Shown piece after piece: positions 39,601 through 52,000 of a DNA stretch of 64,000 bases. A program made the position numbers and the translations under genes. How positions within the stretch are numbered: the stretch's first letter is position 1; every line of letters starts with the position of its first letter. Origin of the DNA: Catajapyx aquilonaris (taxonomy: Eukaryota); contig KZ537999.1 in the NCBI GenBank assembly GCA_000934665.2, forward strand, positions 62,001 through 126,000. The letters are read 5' to 3'. The notes under the pieces are model-generated. The model saw nothing but the letters and a program-made list of their open reading frames with translations, was not told the origin of the DNA and did no database searches.

Positions 39601-41549
39601 CAAACCCCCCTCTTTCCCCCTCTGGTGTTGTAAACCATCCTAAAGAATCAACATCCCCCGAAATAGCAAGGTCATGCCGGAGTTATTATGCTGTCGAAAA
39701 ATCCGCGGGGCCTAACTCTATTTTAAAACAGCGGGTTTTTGTTCAAACATGGCTGCAACAGTTGGGTCTCTGTGCAAAAAAAAACTAAGCACAACAATAC
39801 GCAAACCCTCTTTAAAAAGGCTGTGGTGTCATTAAAGAGCCATTTTAAAACAGGGGGTGTTTTTTGATATATTAAAAATTGGCTCTTCTAATAATGAATA
39901 AATTGGGGGCTAATTTATGTCGATATATTTTGGTGAAACCCGATTTACTATAACTGTACAGTCAGTCATGGAAGGAAAGAATCGAAACAAGAAGCCAACG
40001 GAACACTGTCTCCATTCAAACAAAACCTGTCACAAGATTTTCTCGGGAATGGAAGCAGGAAAAATTCCCATTGTCACCTTGCACCTGCAATGAAACCGGT
40101 TTGCAAGCGGAAACTATTGCAAAAATATTTGCACAGCCTTCCCAGGAACATTTTGTAGTGCACCTGGTGAGCTCGAAAAATATTCCGCTATATTAAGTTT
40201 CATTACAGTATAATGCCACTGTATGCTTTGAATCCTTTTTGAGCATCAGGGCGCCCTACCGCTTATTTTGCAATTCACTTTTCTCTCGCTATTTCCATAC
40301 CACAATTCCGGGGTCCGCATGTTATCACCACCCCAAATCAACATGAATCACGGCTCAGATAACACCCTCATTTTTTAAAACGGAACAAGAAGGGCCTAAG
40401 TGCAGCAACGCCCCGTGACTACTCTCCGTGTATGGAAAAGGCAGGTCCAGTAAATCAAAAAAAAAGAAGTGCAAGGCCCCTTATCTCTTTAACCGCAAAC
40501 TTGACCTAGATGGCAATGAAAGCAGCGCAAGTACCTCCATTGCACTTTCTCTCTAGGGAGAAAACCCTCTTCTTGCCATTCCGCCCCCACCTCAAAAAAA
40601 TCGAGAGTGAGAGAGGTTTACGGGCGCATCTAATTTAAATTTAGGCATCAACATTAATGGGCCACGCTATCGCATTACGTGTCATTAATAGGAATTAGGC
40701 TTAGAGCAGTTTGCCCGTTCGCCGGCGGTACATTATTTTCCCGCGAGGTTTACGCAAGCCTAACGGGGGTTCATAATGCCTGAACCTTGGCGCTAATTAT
40801 GCTCCTGCAGGACCTCTGCCGAGGGCCGGACTTGGCCCACTTTGCACTCGCAAAATATTATTATTGAAAAATATACCGAGCTCCTCCACAAAATTAAGCC
40901 GCAAAATTTGGTGCCGAACTTTGCGAAATTTGCAGCGCTCTTGCAAAACACTTCATGAGATAACGTACATAATATGACGAATAGGCGCATAGGCCAAGAT
41001 TTTGTACTCACATGTGAGTCAAAAAATTAGTTTTATGCCGCTGAAATTGTGCCGTGCAGTTTAAGATGCTACTGGTTGAATTCCATGACGTCAGTAAGGC
41101 AAAACTTTTGAACTATATCGAAGTCTGAACGCCGCGTGAATTTTTAAAGAGTCTAATTAAATTAGGGCCCCCATAGCGACCTAATAGATTATCACGAATT
41201 AATTTCAGTGAACCCATCACTTTGTGTAATCACTGAACAGCAACTGTTAGTGTGTGCCCCGTATTTTCATTATAAGCCAAACTAACATCACTAACTGCTC
41301 TTCAAAAGGACGAGCGATGAACACACAATATACGTAATTAAATTCCTGTAATATTCCCAAATTTCGTTATACCAGTTACTGACAGTGCAACAAAAAATAG
41401 GTCCCTCAGGCTGAAAATTGCGTGATGTAACTTAAACGATTCATATAGTCCATATCTATATGCGAGAAAGGATGGTTATATTTTTGCTACAATTAATGTG
41501 CAATAACAACTGGCGATATATTTTTGCACGACCACCGCTATCTACGTAC
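36670..41549 (-). other. 4880-bp phase-0 GT-AG intron of the Toll gene
   Basis: Minus-strand 5' end GTACGT and 3' end pyrimidine tract + CAG. Removing it fuses two LRR ORFs in frame. Composition is more AT-rich than the GC3-rich exons. Confidence 0.9.
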
Positions 41550-42878
41550 CTGCAGATCCGAGATGGCTCTGGGCACCAAAAGGAGCTCGTTCCCGCTGAG
41601 ACTGAGGTCCTGCAGATTGGAGCAGTTCTTGAAGGCCTGCAGGTGAATGGCTCCGATGGAATTGTGGTCGAGGGCCAGACGGCTCAGGACGTAGAGCCCG
41701 TTGAAATCCAGCGCGTCCACAGCCAGCAGGTTGTTGTGCGCCAGAACCAGCGTGTGCAGGTTGTACAGGGGAAGGAACGTGTTGTCATCCACGCTGCCAA
41801 TGTTGTTGTACTCCAGGTTCAGAATCTGCAGGCTGTACAGGTCCTTGAAAGTGTTTGGATCCAGTCGGGTCAGCGAGTTGTGCGCCAGGTTCAGAATAAT
41901 CAACCGGATGAGTCCTTTGAAGGTGTCTTTGTGGACCCAAGTGCTGGTCAGCGCGTTTGAGGACAGGTCAAGCACCAGGAGTTGGTCCAGCTTCTCGAAG
42001 AGTCCTGGAGCCAGCACGCTGATGGTGTTGTTCTGCAGGTAGATTTCTCGTAGCTCCCTGGAGCTGAGGAACAGCTCTGGAGGTAGAGCCACCAGCTGGT
42101 TGCTGGACAGGTTGAGCAGCCTGAGGGCCGTGAGTCCGCTGAAGGCTAGATCGGCCACTGAGGAGATCTCGTTGCTCTGCAGGAGAAGGTGCTGCAGGCG
42201 CTTGAGCTTGCTGAGCCCGTACGGAGGTAGGTTGACATAATCGTTGCGCGACAGATCCAGCGTCTTCACGTCCAAGTGGCACTTCCGGCTGTCCTTCTCC
42301 TCGTCCTGCAGGTACACGAACCCCAACTCGGCCAGGTCCTGCAGGTGGTTCCTGGTCAGGTTCAGCACCTGCAGGTTCTGAAGCTGACAAAACACGTCCG
42401 GTGGGAGAGTCCAGATGTTGTTTTCGGCCAGGTTCAGCCGCTGAACTTCCTTCAGCCCCTGCAGGCTGTCCGGATGCAGCTCCATGGCCATGGCAGACCA
42501 ATCCGCGTTGTGAGTCCTCAAACTCAACCGCTTCAGCTCCCTCAGCCCTTGGAAAGCTTTTGCCGGAACAGACCTGATCTTGCAGAAGTCGATGGTCAGG
42601 TCCTCCAACAAGGGCAGCTTCTGGAATCCATGGCTCCTGAGACTGCTCTCGAAGAACAGGACGTCGCTGCACTGCAACCTGAGGCTGACAGTGTGGTCGC
42701 TCTGTGCCAGGCTGAAGTTGGTCTTGTCGAAATCGTTGTTGATGGTCCTGAGGTGGCAGGCCAGAGCCACCTTCCCGGCCTGCTCGTCCTTCCAGCCCCA
42801 CGTGCAGTCATCAGGCGCCTCGTACTTGAGGGCCCCTATGCACGACCGCACCAACACCAACACCAGCACCAACCACAT
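41550..42878 (-). CDS. Tollo: Toll-like receptor (Tollo/Toll-8-like long Toll), coding exon 1: signal peptide, N-terminal Cys cap and first LRR block (443 aa)
   Basis: The track ORF 41538..42890 starts at GTG; the first ATG is at 42878 and gives the hydrophobic signal peptide MWLVLVLVLVRSCIGA. The N-terminus YEAPDDC..LACHLRTINNDFDKTNFS..LRLQCSDVLFFESSL..LRTHNADWSAM resembles insect Tollo/Toll-6 as I recall them. Repeated LxxLxLxxN follows. The exon ends at donor CAG|GTACGT (41550/41549), phase 0. Exact paralog (Toll-8 vs Toll-6/Toll-10) needs a phylogeny. Confidence 0.93.
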
Positions 42879-43003
42879 TGCTGAGATCACCGAACACTTT
42901 GCACTTCCATCACCTCCCGTGCTGCACCCTCTTCTCTTTTGCGGACTACTCTTTTCTTTTCTCTCTCTCTCTCGAAGCCCGATCTGGCCAAGGCACAGGG
43001 GCT

Positions 43004-43040
43004 GAATGAGGGGAAAAGCCTGCTCCGGCCCTCTCTTATA
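43004..43040 (-). promoter_or_regulatory. Putative core promoter of the Toll gene: TATA box TATAAGAG (43040-43033) and arthropod Inr TCATTC (43009-43004, +1 A at 43007)
   Basis: Minus strand reads GGCATAT-TATAAGAG..CCCC-TCATTC-AGC. TCATTC matches the Inr consensus TCAKTY. The TATA lies at -33, slightly beyond the usual -30/-31. This implies a ~129-nt 5'UTR containing a GA repeat. Confidence 0.6.
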
Positions 43041-46000
43041 ATATGCCGCCTCTCCTCCTCCCCCTACTCTCTAGGGCACGCAGGAGGGGGGGGGAGGGAG
43101 GGACTGGTGGGGAGTTGGGCAACGGACATGCGCCGTTTCGGATTTTTACCGCGAGAGGCCCGACTAGTCCGGATCTCTCTCGCCTTTAGTCGATAACAGA
43201 ACCTGGTGGCGGGAAGGACGTCTCTCTTCAGCAATCTGCAACAATAACCAGGGGGAAAAAATTGCAATGAATAATAACCAGCAATAATATTAAATGTGTA
43301 CTGGAATTGCTACAAGAAGTTGGGAATAGTTAGCAACGGTGCAAATACACTCGTTTCAGCGCTAATTGGCTGTTAGTCAGTTTTCGCTTGGGAGGATACG
43401 TTTCTGCTTGCGTCGCTTCCAACTAGTGCGTTAGGTGTTTGGGAGTTACGCGTCAGGTGCTAGAGAATAGGTTCATATTTGGCACAAAATAATTGGCAAG
43501 CACCGATTCCAAGAAAGTTGTCCCGACTCCAAGCATGGACTCAAAATGGGAATAAAATTAAGCAATATTGTTCGGGTTTCCAAATCGTAATAATGTGTAA
43601 CTATAGCTCCGTTTCCACTTAATGTCCACAATAATAAGAAATATGAGCCAGATATTAAAACAGGACGTGTTGTAATCTACATCTAATCCACTTCCTCAAT
43701 ATTTACTCCCTCCCGGCTCCAGATATAGAAGTATTAACAAACAGAGATTGACGAATCACTCAGTACGCGTATTACATCCGGCCTGATTCACCACTGTTTG
43801 CGTGATACAAAGCCCACACCTGATAACTTATCGCTCTTCCACTTTGTGCTGTGGGGGGTCACATGTTGACACAGAGTCAGGTCACTGGGCGACTAATCAA
43901 GGCGTCTAATCAATCGGGCTGACATTTTAAGGCCCTTGTCAAATCCACTCTCGATGACCAGATAACTTGGGTTCAATCACACCGGTGCCACCGTAATTAT
44001 CCGCAATCACTGGGAGGATGTTACGGTCACTTTGTTTGGAAGGGGGTGGTAGGTAGGTGGATGTGGAGGGTGTGGGGTGCATTATATCCTCCACTCCATA
44101 TTTATGGAGCCATAAAGTGATACGGCAGCCAATTAAAACCGGAATTAAATGTGTCATTATTTGGGTACGAGCGGTCGTCAAAAAGGACCGCCTGTGGGTG
44201 GGTGGGGTGTGTCATTTTTTTGGTTGTTCCCTGCCCCCCTCTGGTTTTTTTTGAAGAGGGGGGGGGCAGCAGATGCGGCACTTGCATCTACTCTCCATTA
44301 TGAAAGAACAGCATGTCATTTAAACTTTGCAAATTGTCCATTTCCTTTTTTCCAACGGCCCTTTTGCATGCGCATGAAAACCCAATATCTACTCTCTAGT
44401 TTTTCCAATCCCCCAATTATTTCCCTGGACATGTGTTAACACCCGTTTAAAGAAAAAACGGATTTTCAACAGGTCACATTTCGAGCTGATGTGTCGGTTT
44501 TCAAAAAGTGGAACTTATCCACGATATGAGCCCTCTTCCAGCAAAGCAGGCAGGAAATAACATGCAAAACGTGTGTTCTGTTGACACAAAAATGCATACA
44601 CTGCCCTCCCCCACTCTTATTCACGGGTGGGCTGCAAAACTGTTTTTTGTATCATATTGCCAATTCATGCAAAAATTATTTGCAGTCACGGTCCAAGGGA
44701 GGAATATAATTCAGGACTGTGTTAATCACGCTCTTTGTATACTGGGGGTGTATATACAGGGTGCTTCTGAACATACTGTATACAATCTGCAACTTGGCTC
44801 CTGAAATATCGGACCAAAATAATATTTCGGACAGGGTTTCGAGATTCAGATGGTACGAAGTAGCAATAGAGTCGTGGATAGATTGCATGGCCCCTAGTAA
44901 TTCAATCCGGACTGGTGCGGATGCTTACATCATGCGGCATTAGGGCCAATCAGGATCCTTCCCGGGTGGCAGGACCTATTTTTTTTCCAGAGCTATAGAG
45001 GGAGCAAAGCGAGGCTAACTCCCTCCGAAATTTGCTCCATTGCAATTCCGGAATTAAATCGGGGTGTCATGCACGCCAGAGACATGACCACGTCAATTGG
45101 CCGGGGTATGGAGGGGGGGAAGAGGGGGTAAAAATAGTGAGGGGAGATTAAAAGACCGCAAAACGATGTTTGCAAAATGATAGCGTATCACGTGGACACA
45201 ATTGGCCGTGGGTTTGGCCACCAAGTGCAGGTTGATATGATTATCATGCCACAACTCTAGGGATTAGACGCAACAATGCTTTAATGTACTGAAAATATTT
45301 AAATAAAAACACCACTAAAAGCGAAGGTTGATGGTCCAATATTTGTCGTTAATTAGTCAAAACACAATTTGCATGCCTCTATATGGCTGTTTAAAAAATT
45401 CTAATAAAAAGAACCCACTTTGTTACCGCCGCTTCAAATCAGGGCTCCTTTGGTATATACATATAGCAAAGAGCGAACGGTTCAATTCACGCAGATTCAT
45501 TGCAAGGAGTGGAAGAATCGACAGAAAATCTCCGGACGGAATTTGGAGTAGAGGATGGAGAGTAGGGGAGGTTTGAAAAATGCCTCGAAAGTAATTACCA
45601 ATTAGTGAGAGGATCTGACGTGGATTAGCTTCAACTCTAACCTCCGTCTGAGCAGACCTTGCCTCTTCAACATGTCGGATTTCAAGCATTGCAAGGGTCA
45701 TACCCGATAGGCATTGCTGTAACTAGGTTCAGAGTGAACTGATTTCAGCTATATTTTGGGGTCGAAACAAAATATATAGCAAGTAAACCGCATTGGAGCC
45801 AAATAAATTAATTACATTAGTGGTGACCACAAACGTCATTGAAGCTAAAACAGGGTCGTGTCAATAAACTACGTCACCAACTCGAAACGCTTGTCAATCA
45901 ATTTGCGAAAGTACTTTTTGCTGGACTTTAAAAAAGTGCAGAAATATGTATGTATAATTGGAGGGGAAATACGCACCGTGGGTATATATATAAGCAGGAG

Positions 46001-49000
46001 GAAGCGATGGTTCGTCATCAGTGTCCTTATAATCCCTTCAATCTAATTCGCTCGACAGTGAAGTTCTGGGCTTAATTTATGGATGAACTGAAGCGGATCT
46101 GCATCAGCGCTAATGGGATACCCCCCAGTATACTCATTACAACTACTAAGTCTAAGAGGTGCTTGTGTATTTTTCATAAACATTTTCACAACAATTAACG
46201 GGGTCCGCGAACTAGCTGGGAAAATTTTCCACTTCTCATTTTGCTAATTGAATGGCAAGGGGATCGGAAAATTTTGCGGGTAAAACCTGCTGGGAATTAA
46301 TACACTCATCTTTTCTACTGTATGATGTGGGACGGTCCTTCAGCTGGGTTCACACGATGTCGTTGGGTCGTTAAGCTCAAAAAAAGCAGAACAAAAAAGA
46401 TGACATAAATATTACAGTGATCTACTTAACAACAAATCAAAGACCCCCGTGTGAACATATAGTAATGTCGAATTTATGCTGACACGTACGAGTGGAAAAA
46501 AAAATCGCGGACCTCTCCCACTATTTTATTCACGCTTCTTCTCATATCCAAAATTCGTGTCAACATTTTAGCTCCGAGGCAGGAGGGGGAAATGGTGGAC
46601 GAATATGTTTTAATGAATTCAGCAGAACCCAGTCACAAACAGACTTGGCAAACACAAGACCCCGATCCACAGGCACGTGCACGCACCGCAGGGACACATA
46701 TTTCGGGGACCAGGGAAAGTGTAGAGTAGCCTACCACTCTGCAGCCCAAAGCATTGTTTAACCCCCAATAATTAAGGGTGTGTCCTCAGCCTATTGTTGC
46801 TTCACTTCCGGGTCATGTCCCCATCCGCACACGTGCCAGTATTAATTTTCCGTCCGCCTCTTTTGTCTGAAATTTCAATGAGGGGGAGTGAGTCTCCATC
46901 TTGGAAATGAAAAGTGACACAATTGATCCAGCCATTCGTGATCTCTAGGTTCCAAGAAGTCGGCTGAGTTCCTTAAGCCGAAGCCGATCAACACACTCTC
47001 CTTGGCCAGGTAATTACATCCAGGTGGCAGGAGTAATTAGATTGCTTCTCCTCCGGGCCTCCTCCCCCCTCCTGCTCCTCTCTTCTCAACGCCTTTCCTA
47101 ATGAAAATCCTGTTGAACATCACGAGACAATCTCCAGCACCGGGGGTTTTCTTGCCCGGATATTTTCCCAATGAGAAACGGATGCCCCGGATATGTGCTA
47201 CAGCGGACACGCGCGTCTAGCTCGCAGCCCTTGCCAAAAGGGAGAAGCCATTTTAATTAAAATGTGCTCCGACACCCCTGTCATCTGTCGGGCATAAATC
47301 TTACTCGCGACTGCTGTCCAGCCCCTTAAGTCAATAAATCGGTCGCCGTTTTCTTACACTTTTAAAGTAGCGTAGAAAGAAGGGTGTTACAACAAATTTT
47401 GCTGCTTATTAAATTAATCGCAATTGGACCACCATGTTATAATAATTATTCCTTTTGTTCAGCACCGGAATCGAGCCCGATTCGCCCAATGAGCATCGGC
47501 AGCTTCACCCCTTAAGAAAGTTGTTGACTCAATTTCCATTGGGAGCGAAGGGTGTTGAGCTCCAAAACCCAATTTAGCTAACAAGGTGAAGACAAACCAG
47601 GCCTAATAAACGAGCTCCTGATCCTCTCCTCCACCGCCCCGGATGAGACACCCCTTTTCCCCGAAAAAAAGAGGCACGTGCACCTGCCCCTTTTCCTAGA
47701 AGAACGAGGGTTGCATACTCTAAAAGGAACGCACCCATTATTATTTATTAGGGCGTCTTCCCCATAAGTACTGACTGAAATAAGCACCTTGGCCCAATAA
47801 TGGCCATTTTCCATTTCTGCACCTCCCCCTACCCTTGCAGCAAAACCACAATTGGCCATTGAATCCGCCCTGATATTATTCCAGCCTCAGACTATAAGGA
47901 GAGAGGGGGAAAGGCCCAAGTCAACAGCCGGGACACATAATTCCAATAAGGGTTGAATTATCGTCCGAGGCCTAATAATAGCAGAAGGCGCTTACTTGCT
48001 GCTGGAATATTACTATATATAAAGACAGAGCAAAAGTTGGAAACCAATCAGGGTTCGCACCAGAATTTGCGACTAATTATCCGGATTGGCTGAGAAAAAA
48101 TGGCGCTTTAAAATACAACGAGTGAACTCATATGTGAAATTCTTATGTAAACTCGTATGTGAAATTCGTATAGGCCGAACGTGCTAATGACATGAATTGA
48201 GTGTGTGTGTGCTTTCCTAATGAAGATTGGCGCAATCTGACATCAGCTTTTGGGTCAATGTGTGGAGGTATTTCCACGTGCGTTTCAAACTAACCGTCTG
48301 ATAACTATACTCCTCAGCCTTGGGGCACGCCATGCACACTATAAAACCCTCTAACTATACAGCTCCGAGATTGACAGGGAGTTGGGGGAAACCCCATCTG
48401 CGTACCAGACTGTGCCTGACCACTAAAGTACAGGGGGTGTCACACCTTCTTTTTTTCCAAGCATTTGCGTTCAATTACACAGACAAATTAATTAAGATAA
48501 ATTCGGCTGATCTTTCCGGAAGTTCATGATGATTGGCCCAAGAGTGGGATTGGGGGGCGTAACAAGTTGGAAGTCGAACAAAAGCAAACAAGCTGTTTGA
48601 AATGGACGGCCGTTTGGAATGGCTCCCCTGGCGATTGATTCCCATTCCACCGAACGGCTCGTAATTTGATTCGGTGTAGGAAATTCCTCCGGAGACAGGT
48701 CCCGGAGGATAGCCCCGGATCTGGTAACACTTTGCCCACCGGGGTCACTTCCCCGGAGCCTTGGGAGAGAGACAGAAAAAATAAAGATTGCCCCGGAAGA
48801 GTTTCACGTGTCTGCTGTGGAACAAGCCTGCCTTCAACTTTTTAAAAAATCCGGAGTTTAAAAAAAATGAACCCCCCTGGATTCTTTGAGGTTTGCCGCG
48901 CCGCGTCGTAATAACCCGCCAAATTAAGTCCTCTGTACGCTCCCTCCCTATTGGACGTGTGGCAGCCCATGGCGGATGGACGGGGGAGGGTTTTTGCAAA

Positions 49001-52000
49001 AATCAAAGTGGCCAGTCAGGTCACAACCGTATATGCAAAGTGTGGGAGGGTGGGTGGGTGGTGGGGGATAGAAATTGCAAGCTTTTGGCGCCCAGCAATA
49101 CCCGTCACAAGCCCCAGCACCAGCAACAGCATGCACAAAAGCCGCTCATTGGATGGCCTCCGTCATTCCTCAGCCCGCATTAATTACGTCAGACACAAAG
49201 GCCCTGATTGATTATCCTGAAGCTTACAAGAACAATGAAGTGGGGGGCAGGACAAAAGAGGGGGAGGTTTGCCCACTGATAAGGACGTCACAAAGTTGTG
49301 GCCAAAATCTGAGTTTAAATTTTCGGACCAGGCCAGGAGTCGAAGGAGAGCTTCCCAAGATAATAATCCCAACCAGTAAATCCTCATAAATTTATATAGC
49401 ACATTTTTGCTTATACAGTAATTTTAATAATTATTATTATTGCGAGGCATAATACATTGTCCTAGATTGGTTTATGTCTGTGCCTCTGTTTATCCGGGGT
49501 GAGTCAACATCTAGGTGCATGTAGTACCACTGCTCGTCGCATGACTCTGAAAGTGGCAGTAGGGTACAGAGAGGGAAGACGCGCCATCTAGGGCAGAAGT
49601 GTAATACTATGTGGACAATCAGGAGCCAGGGAAGTTGTGCCACGTTTGCTGTACATGATGTATTACTACATCATTCATTATTTAGCACATACGGTACCAT
49701 TACAATCGGGGCTAAGTTCCAATAAATTCTGCGTGGAATTGATCAAGAAATAGCGGTTTGAAATAAGACCTGTCTCTCGGAAATGGCTTTACGTAGCTTC
49801 ATCCCATTATTAATCCGGGCATAGACTCCGGGTATATTTTTGTTTTAAAAAAGGGCAAATTAAAGGCTCCTCCCTTATCAACACTGCCTTACAAATGAGT
49901 CCATCGAAAGGAATAAGGAAGCGTGCTTTTATGGCTGAACGTTTATTCTTCCCTCCCGAAAAAGAAGCTACCAACTATTTTTTTCCCCCTATTTCCCTTT
50001 TTTGGGTGGAGGGCTGATACACTCCCATGTTATTATTCCTTCCTCCTCTAATTTTCCAAAATTCTATTAAAGTGCTCTTTATTGATTTACTGTCCCGGCT
50101 TTTATTACCGGGGAGGGGGGGGATATCTGGTGGGGGAAGGAGGAAAGCGGGGAGCACTAAATTAAGACTGGACCAAGTCTCGCCTCGGGCTCTTTTACTA
50201 CTTTCGTCTTCTTGGGTGGGGGAGGGCGCTTTTCTTTTCCGTTGGATCCAACTAATCCATTTGCTCCGGAAATTTTGGGCCCGCTATATGCCAAGTCGAA
50301 ATGTTCAATTTTAAATGCCAAATTGTCCTAAGGAATGCAATCGCTGCCAGGCACACACACACAAAAAAGTTTCGGACGCGCATAAGCCCGCATCTTCTCC
50401 TATCTAGATTCCACTGAGCGAAACTTCAATTGCTTCTGGTTGCAATTCGGTCCACAACACCGGAAGTCACGCCCTGACCGCATCCAAATAAGGGTCCAAG
50501 AAAGGGTCGTGAGCAGAGTCCGAATTCAGCAAACCGGACATCACTAGAGTATGTCTAGGAAGAGAACCCACAGTCGGCTGTTTGAAGACACCGCCGCACA
50601 TATGGAATAACTCACATCTCTTATATATTTTTTTTGAAGTGGGTTAGCTCCCAAAGGTGCGGACCTGGAATCACCTCCGCCTCTTCCATGTCAAGCAGCA
50701 TGCTGGACACAGAATTTTTCAGCCTGGGTTTGGATAGGCTCATTGCCAAGTGTACTGCAATATTTGGCGAGCCACCAGTGTACATCTGACTTTAATAAGA
50801 CCGATACGAGCGGAAACCAATATTCAAGGGCCAGTTTCTGCCGTTGTTGTTGCTTGAAGCAAAGTGCACATGCATGCAACAACAACAGGGAAGTATGATC
50901 CATCAGGATTCCGCATTAACTCCCACCCCTTCCTTAGGACCTTTTTTTCGGTCCGTGTCAAAGGTCTAGGGAGATCAATACACCGGATTTCTGTGTTCTC
51001 CGATTTCCTCTCCGGGGCCCTGCATAAAATGCCTCGCCGCCTGCTCTTTTTCCCGCGGAAATCTTCCTTCAACTCATTCCGACAAAAAAAAATAAGAAAG
51101 AAAGAAGAGACGGCCAGAAAAAAAATTTTGAGACTCGATTTGAAAAACAACTTCAAGAGAAACTTGGGGATGGCGCGAAAAAAATATATATAGAAAGTTG
51201 GGAAGTAATTCGAATTAGCAACTTTTGCAGTCTTGATTAAAGAGGGGGGCGCAATTAGCTGAAGTTGCGCCCTGTTCATGCAATATTTTCACTACTTGCG
51301 CTGGACCAAAAATTTGTTAACAATTTTTCAACCGTAAAACATAAATTCACTTACAGTCGACTCAGAAACGGTTCATATGTCGAAAAATATCCAAAGATTG
51401 TCCCTTGCTGTCACCTCCAAAATGTTTGTTATCGTTGACATTAAACTTGGCTCGAAAAAATTATTGTGCGTTACTTATTGATTTGCCCTTGTAAATACCT
51501 GGGGTTACATATCAGCATGCTTACAGCCCATGAGTAACATTTTTCTCACCAATAAAATGTAGCTTATATGAAACTTCACTCTGTGATTTTCACTATTTGG
51601 ATCCAAACTTGCTGCAGAAACAGGCCTCCAATTACACCATATCTGAAATTCCGACACAATGCGGCGTACATTTCCGGAAGTAATCCCCGAATTTTTGTGA
51701 GAAGGCAAAACTCGAAGTGGTGAAAGTCGGAGGAAATTAATTAAAAAATCTCCTGGTGGCAAAATTGCCCTCCCCATTGGATTGTCACGCTCCTCGGATT
51801 GAGACATCAGCAAGAGAGGCAGTATGAGTGCCGGGTGGGGGGCAATAATTGCAAGTTTTGTTGGTTGTATATGGAAGTCTGGGCCTATAATCTTGGGGCG
51901 TTGTAAAGCCCTGGTTGTTGATGCGGCCGACCGGACTTACCGATGATTACTTGGCAATAAGGCCCTCGGTGGGTCGGAAAATTGGCCGCAGAATTCCATC

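Noticed and set aside
41538..42890. Treating the two LRR ORFs as separate genes, or using the GTG/TTG starts from the ORF track
   Set aside because: Canonical phase-0 splice sites join them into one complete receptor, and the ATG at 42878 precedes the signal peptide.
41460..43005. Overlapping ORFs 41460..41960 +, 41968..42801 -, 42276..42884 +
   Set aside because: Shadows of Toll exon 1 caused by codon bias.
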